NCBI RefSeq assembly: GCF_009914755.1
Contig: NC_060934.1
Source: the human T2T-CHM13v2.0 reference genome, Homo sapiens
Strand: one strand, 5' to 3'
Length of the DNA stretch: 64,000 bases
The translations under genes were made by a program, and so were the position numbers. Shown here piece by piece: positions 55,263-64,000 of this stretch. The notes under the pieces were generated by a model, which did not search any database, was not told where the DNA came from, and was given only the letters and a program-made list of their open reading frames with translations. Numbering within the stretch: position 1 is the stretch's first letter; the number at the start of each line of letters is the position of its first letter.

Positions 55263-55710
55263 TGTATTAGGGTTCTCTAGAGGGACAGAAATATATATAT
55301 ATATATATCTCTCTATCATTTATAAAGGAGAGTTTATTAAGTATTAACTCACATGATCACAAGGTTCCACAACAGGCCATCTGCAAGCTGAGGAGCAAGG
55401 AAGCCAGGCTGAGTCCCAAAGCTGAAGAACTTGGAGTCTGATGTTCAAGGGCAGGAAACAATCAGCATGGAAGACAGATGTAGGCTGGGAGGCTAAGCCA
55501 GTCTAGTCTTTACACATTTTTCTGTGTGCTTTTTATTCTGGCCATGCTGGCAGCTGATTAGATTATGCCCACCTGGATTAAGGGTGGGTCTGTCTTTCCC
55601 AGCCCACTCCTAAGGCAATCTCCTAAGGCAACACCCTCACAGACATACTCAGAATCAATACTTTGCATCCTTCAATCCAGTCAAGTTGACACTCAGTATT
55701 AACCATCACA
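55263..55710 (-). mobile_element. MLT2A (A1-like) HERV-L solo LTR
   Basis: tgtattagggttctctagagggacagaa...caagttgacactcagtattaaccatcaca; TSD attct/attcg. Confidence 0.92.
55555..55565 (-). promoter_or_regulatory. DUX4 consensus motif TAATCTAATCA inside MLT2A
   Basis: Plus strand reads tgattagatta. Motif match only; no binding evidence. Confidence 0.55.
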
Positions 55711-56184
55711 ATTCGCTTTCTTACAGCCTTTTTTATTGATTACTTTGAGCTTGAGTCTTCAACTCTGAACCCCAAATAAGAATCATGTCTACCTTGCCCA
55801 AAAATTGCAGAATTTTTAATATTGCATTTAATATTCCCTTGTTCATTCTTGTACATTCTTTTAATTCACTTAAAGAATATTAATCGTTGCAAATTTTTCC
55901 AGTTTCTCTAGATACTTGACTGTTAGAAAAACTCCTCTTCAAATTTATTTAATCAAAGTTGTCTTTTAAAATATATCTGTGGGATAATGTCAATGGTACT
56001 GGTCAAAACTCAGGGACTAGAAAATCAGTATTGGGATTGTCTGTCTTGAGGAATACTTGAGAAGCACTGGATTTCCATCTGTGCAAAATTACGTGCCACA
56101 AACGGACAAGGCAAGAAACTTTTTCTATGTACTGTTTGTACTACAGGGATTCAGATATGATACCTGGTCTGAAATGTGAGGCAA

Positions 56185-56375
56185 ATAACTAGAACAGCTA
56201 CATTTATTGTATACCTACTATATGCCAAGCACAGTGCTAAGCGTTTGATATGAATTACTCATTTGTTTCTCAAAATAAATTTGCAAAATTGGTATTCTTA
56301 AAAACTAGATATATCCATTGGAGATGAAAAAAGCATCATTGCAAAAACTATTTTTCACTATACCTTAAAGCTAGG
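56185..56375 (-). mobile_element. MIR SINE
   Basis: cagctacatttattg...tatgccaagcacagtgctaagcg. Confidence 0.7.
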
Positions 56376-57513
56376 ATATGCTTAAAGTTAAAAGCCAACC
56401 ATACATTCTGACACTAAACTTAGTAATTTTTCATAATGTCAGTTTGTTTTCCAATTTATTTTAAAAGAAAATCTACCTGATAAAAGAAAATGCAAGAGGC
56501 CTGGGTAAACTTTACTTTGGACTTGGAGTCAGAAACCAAAGTTCCAATTTTTTCCCCTCGCAGTCAATGATACTTTGACCTTGGGCAGATCACAGATCAT
56601 TGACTGTAAAACTATTTTTAATAGCCAAACACTTTTCCTCACAAAGTCAGAAATCAACGCTTTATATGCTAAAAGTAGAATCTAAACCATTAAACTCCTA
56701 ATAGGCCCTCCCTTAATAATGAACAGCAGATTTAGGAAAATCACACACACACACACATACAGCTAGTATCCCTCTACATCCTCCACCTCCACCTCCTGTG
56801 CCCACTCCAAGGAGAGTCCAGATACTAGGAACTGGTGTATCCTGATGCTCAGTTCTAGCGGAACTTATTCAGTCTTTCACACATTCTTTATTTCATTGGT
56901 CTTTCATGACTAATCCATCTGATTCCAACAATCGTTTACACAGGGACACACATCCTTTTCATTCCTTTGTTCTCCTCTCCCATTCTAGCTTTCTTAATCT
57001 GCTCAACTGGTTTCTCTTCCTCTTTATTTTGTGACTCTAATCATGACTGCTTAGGGCGGACTTAGTGATACAACTCCACTCAGGTGAAGGGAAGCTGTGC
57101 ATTTTGAAGTGATGTAAGAGAGAGACAGTGCTTTCCACCTTCAAGGACTTTTAAAAATTCCCACAAATTTGTTCAGAACATCTTTGAAAGTATTTTCCAT
57201 CACCCTGATTAAACTTATTTCTCCTTAACCTCTAATACTCATGAAAATTAAAATTTTCATTTTGTCATGGTTTTTCTCTTTTATACTACAGCAGTAATTT
57301 AATAATTTTTCATTGGTAGTCTAAATACTACTTCAGCTGTACTTAATGATAAGGAGGCGTTTGTTAGAAGCCAAGAAACTAATCATTTATATAATAGTGT
57401 TTATTTGAATGTGTTCCAGATTCTTAACAACTGTTTGATAAAACAAAAGTCAGTAATGCAGTCTATCAGTGTTTAAGAAAATAGTCAATGACTTAAACAT
57501 CACAAGACTAAAT

Positions 57514-57588
57514 TCCTCCATTCCCCTGACCTTTGTTTAGGCAGCTTATCCAAATTATCCTCCATTCCCCTGACCTTTGTTTAGGCAG
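57514..57588. repeat. Perfect 31-bp direct repeat with 13-bp spacer
   Basis: tcctccattcccctgacctttgtttaggcag at 57514-57544 and 57558-57588. Confidence 0.95.
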
Positions 57589-58039
57589 TGTCTCATTTTT
57601 CCACTGTAATTCTAAGTAATTGCATTAGCATGGAAGTTATTTAGGTGCCTTCTACTGGAAGAAAATATCACATATGTCTTTTCCATCTACATAAACATGT
57701 AATTAAAAATAATTTATATAAACATTATAAACTATTTATAAAATAGTTTTGTAAATATTGCTTGTAAATATTGCAAATATTGCTTCTTTCTTAAACTCCC
57801 TGAGGTCAAGCATAAATACTCCTGCCCAAAATACATGATTATGGACGTTATATGAGGGTGATGTTCAAAGAACAACATTAGAAGACCTTTTATTCCAGAA
57901 ATCATAACCCAATTTTAATACATAATATGAAAACTTCTAGAAAATGAGTTTTAATGTATTTCCATTTTAATTAATGACAGCCCAGAAGTTAAATGGTTCT
58001 CCATGGAACTTCTGAGAAATAAATCGTATTACTGAATAG

Positions 58040-58182
58040 CAAACAACCACTGTATAGCATGACCTGTATAGGATGACCTACATTCTATAGCAGACAACCA
58101 CTGTATAGAATGACCTACATATTTTAAATGTAGGTCAAATATCAAACAACCACTGTATAGAATGACCTACATATTTTAAATG
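58040..58182. repeat. Complex direct/inverted local repeat patchwork
   Basis: 37-bp perfect repeat at 58094-58130 and 58146-58182, a partial third copy at 58040, and embedded inverted pieces. Confidence 0.93.
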
Positions 58183-59174
58183 GCAGCCCATTTTTTTTAT
58201 CACCATTGTAAAAAGGTATGGATGATATAAAGTCATTACATTCTCCAAGTTAATGTCACATGCTAGCACCAAATGTGTCCTCTGCCTTGTCAATTTTTGC
58301 CAGTAAGAACAAAAAAAGCTACCAGTGGCTAATGCAGATAACAGCTTTCATGTTGGTATATAGATTTTATCATTAATATATTAGTCATCACACAGCAAAA
58401 ACAAAAATAGATTTCCTAACTGTCATTGTTTACTGGATTTCTCTTCCACAGCACTTGTCGTACTCCAAAAATAATAGCTTGTTTTACCTCACACAGTTAT
58501 TGGAACTATCACATTAGATAAAACATGTGAGGCACTGGTTTACTAAATATTTACTAAACATTAGCTATTTTATTGTTATTTAAACTGAAGGACTAACACA
58601 AAGAACCAAGACCGAAGCATATGGTAGATGTTGCAAGGGATGAGAACACAGGATGCTGGGCTTGCTCGGATGCTAAGACTCTTTTCTCAATGCATTTAGG
58701 CATGATAAGTAAATAAAGGGGAAATGAGATAGGATATAGACACAATGAGTCGTACTCCAATATCCCTTGTACAGGTTGGAATTTGGAAGTCAAGAAAGGC
58801 TGTTATTAAGCAAACCACATCCATTTCAGTCAAATCTTCTTCACTAGTAGGTAAGTCTACTTGAAAAAATGTTGAACTTGAAGATGTTTTACTATCTCAG
58901 TGTCACTTTAATAAATCTGTAGTGTCTTTTGGAAGGTAGTTTATTTTCAAAGGGATAAATTTTAGTCAAGTAACTTTAGCTAAAGGATTGGGAAAATGTT
59001 TGAATTTGATTTTTTCTTTAAGGGATGACTCTTTTGTATTCATTAAATAAATATGTTTGAACCTTTGCCATGTGTTAGACAATGTTAGGTGATTCTTACC
59101 TAGGGGCCATGTTACAGGATCTAGTGGTATTCTCCTTGTTTCTAAACTTACTTTGCCAACAAAACACAGTGAGG

Positions 59175-59615
59175 ATTGGTTAGGGTCAGGTTTCCTAGAG
59201 TCAGAGCTTAATACGTGATTTATTTAGCAAATGTCCTCAGGAGGAACCTGCAAGAGGGTAAGGGAAAAAAGGATAGGACAAGGGAAGGAATATAGCAAAT
59301 ATGTGGTTTCAGGAGAAGTTTTAACCTTAGACTGATGCCAGGAAAAGCTCTGGAGCAAAAGCTGTGTCCTGCCCAGAGTGAAGAAAGGAGGTTTTACACC
59401 AGCATGTCAGTCACTGGGCTTATGTCAAGCAGGGAGGGAGGAAAAGTTGTAAGCTTTTAAACACTTCTAAGAAAGGTGGTTTGAGGTTAGCCAAGAGCTA
59501 TTCTACCAGAAAGGGTGAAGGTGTAAACTGTTGGCAGCTAAAACACAGCAGCTAGGACAGGAGTTTGCCAGCCCAATAAAGGAAACCTAAATGTGTCACA
59601 AACACAATCTGCTAA
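59175..59615 (-). mobile_element. LTR16A-like ERVL LTR
   Basis: ttagggtcaggtttcctagag...agctctggagca...gttggcagctaaaacacagcagct...aatctgcta. Confidence 0.65.
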
Positions 59616-59774
59616 AGGACAGAGTCACTGTTGGAACCCTAAGACAAGAACCATACGATATTAAATGAAACAAAACAATCATATTTATGGCAGTTTTCTC
59701 CTAAAATTTATTGACTTTTGGAGAGGTAAGATTTGACCAAGAGACCCAGAAAGATGGACAAAACCTACAATGTC

Positions 59775-59960
59775 AAATAATACGTGCCAAAAATGTGCTA
59801 AATAGTTTACATGTACTAACTAACTTTATATTTCAACTGTCCTGTAAGAGTTTCTTACTTTTACAGATGAGGAAACTGGAGGTTAGCAAGGTTAAATCAC
59901 TCATCTGTGACCACACAACTCTCATAAGTAGGATCCACCCCTGTTGTTCTCTAAATACCT
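59775..59960 (-). mobile_element. MIR SINE
   Basis: ttttacagatgaggaaactggaggttagcaaggttaaatcac. Confidence 0.75.
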
Positions 59961-60851
59961 TGATTTTTATGTTTTGCTGTCTGTGCTTTAGTTTCTCCAT
60001 TTACAACAGGAGGAACAGCAATTAGGTTATATCTTCAGGATGATGTATCTATTAATAGATGAAATATATTGAGGTAAAAATACTTTGAGTAACTTTATAA
60101 AAAAGATAGATTCTAGGACCCTACTTAATATATTCAAAGAGATTCTCCATGACTAGCTCCCCAGAAAAATGGTTTAAACGTCAGAAAAATGGTTTAAACA
60201 TCAGAACATTCTAGTGCTCAGTAATGTTTGCAAATTGATGAACTAAATTAAATAACGTATTTTAATACACCAAAACCATTGGCTTTGGAACAAAGGGAAC
60301 TTACCCATCACAGTTACAATCAATGAAGCATTTTATAAAAGTGACCGAAAATGTTTATATTCAGGCAAGTTTTTCATATGGCAGCCTAGCAATTGTCCCA
60401 GAGTCTGGGATCTTTAAGCAAACAAAGTAGAATATTTTTGAGGTCATGTTCACAAGATGTCAACTGCCTTCTTCCAGTAAAAAAGATCAAGAAATGTGAA
60501 GACATGGTGAACAAAGTTGAGGTAGTCAAGAGAAATGTCCAGAAAAGCAAATTAAGTAGAGAGAAGGCAGCAGCAAGGATGTCTCAGAGTACATTGAACA
60601 AAAAAAAAAAAAAAAAGTAGAAGTTCCCGTGAGCAGAGGTATGAAAGTCATAGAAAGAGTGTTGCTTAAGCCTTTATAGTTATGTCTAATAAAGATAAGG
60701 AAATATTTAGAATTAATGCTGAAAGTCATGATATCATGTAAGCAACACAATATGCAAAGATGAAGCATACATAAAGGAAACAGTAATCTCATGTAAAATT
60801 AGAATGATAAAGAGATTGAGGGCTATCAGTCATTTATCACTGAAGTTTTCA

Positions 60852-61241
<390 letters not shown>

Positions 61242-61594
61242 CTAGTAAGGGTTCATTTTATAGGTTTTGTGTTCAAAAATTAACAATACTTTCCTACTAT
61301 TAAAATATTAAATTAAAGGCTCCTTTCAAACATTTTAAAAATCCATGTCAAAACTATAGCTCAAAAAATGACTATAATTAAGATTTTTGTCCCTAAAATG
61401 AATATTACTAGTAATCAGTACAAATTGTATACTCTGCTTTAACAAGATGTATTACAGCATACATTCATACACTTTGGAGAAGCTCCTAGGAATCCTTTCA
61501 CAAAATGAAGAATATAAATTACTAGTCAAAGTCACTAATCCTCAGAAAAAAAAATCCTGAAAAGTATACTAACAGGTACATTGTAACTCTAGTT

Positions 61595-61962
61595 GTCATC
61601 AGAAAATATTTGTAACAAATATTCTCATTGCCTTGATTCAAGTTGAGTGGTCATGTGATTTTTCTTTTTTTATTTGGCCAACGAAATGTGAGCAGAAAGT
61701 ATCATATAGCGCTTTTAGATGGAAGATTCAAGAGGCAAAACACAAGTCCACGGTCTATTTTATTCTCTACCTTGGCAATCTGCAACATCTCACATACTGA
61801 TTGTTTCATCTGTCTTCTTCCTAGAATAAGGAAAACAAAGACGAGGGCCTCCAGCCCACCAATGACGGACATGCAGTGTGAGCAAGGAATTATTTTATTT
61901 AGTCCTCAAGATTTAGAGGTGGCGTGTCACTTTAGCATAGCCTTGGCATTCTGACTGATACA
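61595..61962 (+). mobile_element. MLT1J-like LTR
   Basis: tttggccaacgaaatgtgagcagaa...ggacatgcagtgtgagcaagga...tctgactgataca. Confidence 0.75.
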
Positions 61963-62729
61963 ATTGCAGACTAGCATCTCTCCTGCTTTTGCTTAAAATT
62001 ATGTGTTATTACTACAAATGGCCTGTTTCATATCTCAGGTTTAATTTAACAGTAATTATAATAAATTAAATTCCCCTATTGAAGTAAAAATCTTCAAAAA
62101 AAAAAGTTTCTCTGTGAGGCATAATTGGCCAGTGATTAGATAGCGCCTCGGGGAACCCAGGAACAGCATCATGAAGGAAGCAGCTTTCAGTCTTCTATCT
62201 CAGTGAGAGTTGCGCATGAGTCACAGAGTGGAACTTAGTCTCATTAACAGCAAAAAGCAATGATTGTAACACCCTTGAAAAGAAGGGGTGAGCCCTTCAG
62301 GCTACAATCAACAGCTACTGGCAGAAGAAGTTCTTATGTGACTATATTATAAAATACATACTGCTTTTTAATTGGCAACAAGTCCTTTGCTGTGACCTGT
62401 TGGAAAAAGCACTCTATATGGGAAGGGGAACAAAATTATCAGGAAAAACATTTAATCTCAGGAAATAACACATTCAAAAACGTTTACTTAAATAAATTAT
62501 GTAACTATTTAAATACATGGCTATAAAAACACTTGAAAATCAGACTACATTTACATGTAGTGAGTTAATTCCAAAATTGCATATAATAATGCTGGCTTGT
62601 AGGGTAATGGCAGAAGTGATTCGCTATTTTTTTTTTCTTTCCAAGTACCCTTTAGGCAGCTGGTTAAGTGCCACAGATGCTTCCCTCAACATGTTTTGTT
62701 TGTTTGTTTGTTTTTTAATTTAAAGTTAT

Positions 62730-62819
62730 TGTTTTAGCTAGGGATCTCCAGAGAAACAAAACCGGTAAGAACCAATAGAATTTGTGTATATTGTACTATA
62801 AGAAATTGGCTTACACAAT
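62730..62819 (-). mobile_element. MLT2 LTR terminal fragment
   Basis: tgttttagctagggatctccagagaaac...ataagaaattggcttacacaat. Confidence 0.65.
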
Positions 62820-63097
62820 TGCTATGATCTGAATGTTTTCGAAAAAATTGACACATTGAAAGTCAATCACCAATGCAATAGTATTAAGAGGCGAGGCCTG
62901 TAGGAGGTGATTCAGCCATGAGGGCAGAGCCCTCATGGATGGGATTAGGGTACTTATAAAAAGGCTTAAGGGAGGAAGTTGCCTGTCTTCAGAGTGTTTG
63001 TTTTCTTTTGCCTTTTTCACCCCTTACGCTATGTGAGAATATAGCAAAAGGCCCCCACCAGACACTGAATGCTGTCACCATTATTTTGGACATCCAG
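62820..63097 (+). mobile_element. MST (C/D-like) LTR, 3'-truncated
   Basis: tgctatgatctgaatg...gccatgagggcagagccctcatggatgggattag. Confidence 0.8.
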
Positions 63098-63109
63098 TGT
63101 ACTAAGAGC

Positions 63110-63650
63110 AACAGTGTTTGTTCTCCATCTTCCTCCTAGAGATTATCTTTTGTTCTGAAGCAGAGATAGGGAATAAGGGCCCAAGTGGAGTTTCATGTCC
63201 TTTGCCATGGAGGCTGCTGTTCTTTCTCAGATCAGCATCACAAGGGGTGCTTTCTGAAAATTATCTGTAGTCTTTTCTCTGAGCACATTGTTGAGTTCAT
63301 GAAGGACAACCCTGCAAAAAGGAGCAGACTTCACCATTTCTGTGGCCCCCAGAAGCTTTATACTCTTACAATAGTGCACACTTGGCTTTCATTACTTCAT
63401 CTATTCACTGGCTGTCCTCTTCCAGTAAAGTGTCCAGTTCAACTCCCCAAGGTAAGCCACCATTTGTTCTTTTCTAATCCTGTAGGCACCAGCCTCTTCT
63501 TAAATCTTGTGCCTCATGGTGGCTCTGCAACCACAACTTCCTGACAATTTTTTTTTTAAGTGAAAACATTCAATTTGTCGGGCTTTTTGTTGTTGTTGTC
63601 TTGTTGTTAAGGATAGGAAAGATTGTCTTTTTACATCTTGACATGGCTTA
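63110..63650 (-). mobile_element. L1ME-type 5' end remnant
   Basis: ctctgagcacattgttgagttcatgaagg...cctgca; ttgttaaggatagga...tttacatcttga. Confidence 0.5.
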
Positions 63651-63689
63651 GTTCAATCTTGAATTATATATTTGCTTTAAGTGGTTATG

Positions 63690-64000
63690 GACAATTACCA
63701 AATAAATTGAAAATATTAAGACTATATTTCAGCAAATTTCCAAAAATTGAAATCATGCCTAGATTACTTTTTCATTATTGTGTAATTAAACTAGAAGTCA
63801 ATGACAAAATCAAATTGAAAATGACTCATATTTAAAAACTGAGGAATATACTTCTAAATAGCCAATATTTCAAGGAAGAAATCATCAATAAATTCTAAAA
63901 TATTTTTAACAGAATAATAATATATATTAAACACATAGAAAAGATATAAAGCTTTGATTAGAGGGATATTTATAACATTAAATTCCTATGTTAGGAAAAA
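63690..64000 (+). mobile_element. Ancient L1M ORF2 fragment (runs off the window)
   Basis: aattaaactagaagtcaatgacaaaa...atacttctaaatagcc...caaggaagaaatca. Confidence 0.65.

Noticed and set aside
58040-58182. CRISPR-like repeat-spacer appearance
   Set aside because: Primate DNA, irregular period, spacers derived from the repeat itself, no cas genes.
60393-60620. ORF ending in an A-run, resembling a processed pseudogene
   Set aside because: No recognisable parent protein, polyA signal or TSD.

Overview
AT-rich simian primate (human-like) non-coding DNA, made up mostly of transposable-element fossils. No protein-coding gene, RNA gene or CpG island could be supported; the supplied ORFs are short and derive from repeats (Alu, L1, Tigger) or arise by chance. 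Main content: a full-length Hsmar2 mariner inside a fragmented L2; an ~11 kb nest (Tigger1 > full-length L1PB > MER50 LTR > two Alus, plus a MER11 solo LTR and two more Alus in the same L1); THE1, MST, MLT1, MLT2 and LTR16 LTRs; an ERVL-like gag remnant; a Tigger4 transposase remnant; and many old L1M, L2 and MIR pieces. L1 pieces lie on both strands with no clear bias. I found no new gene system. The most unusual signal is a set of locally templated rearrangement scars that are much younger than their host repeats: a perfect 79-bp inverted copy, a 264-bp ectopic copy, a ~500-bp inversion bounded by a 17-bp inverted duplication, and a direct/inverted patchwork at 58.0-58.2 kb. There is also a perfect DUX4 consensus site in an MLT2A LTR. 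Repeat subfamily names come from recalled consensus sequences, not a database search, and the boundaries of old elements are approximate.
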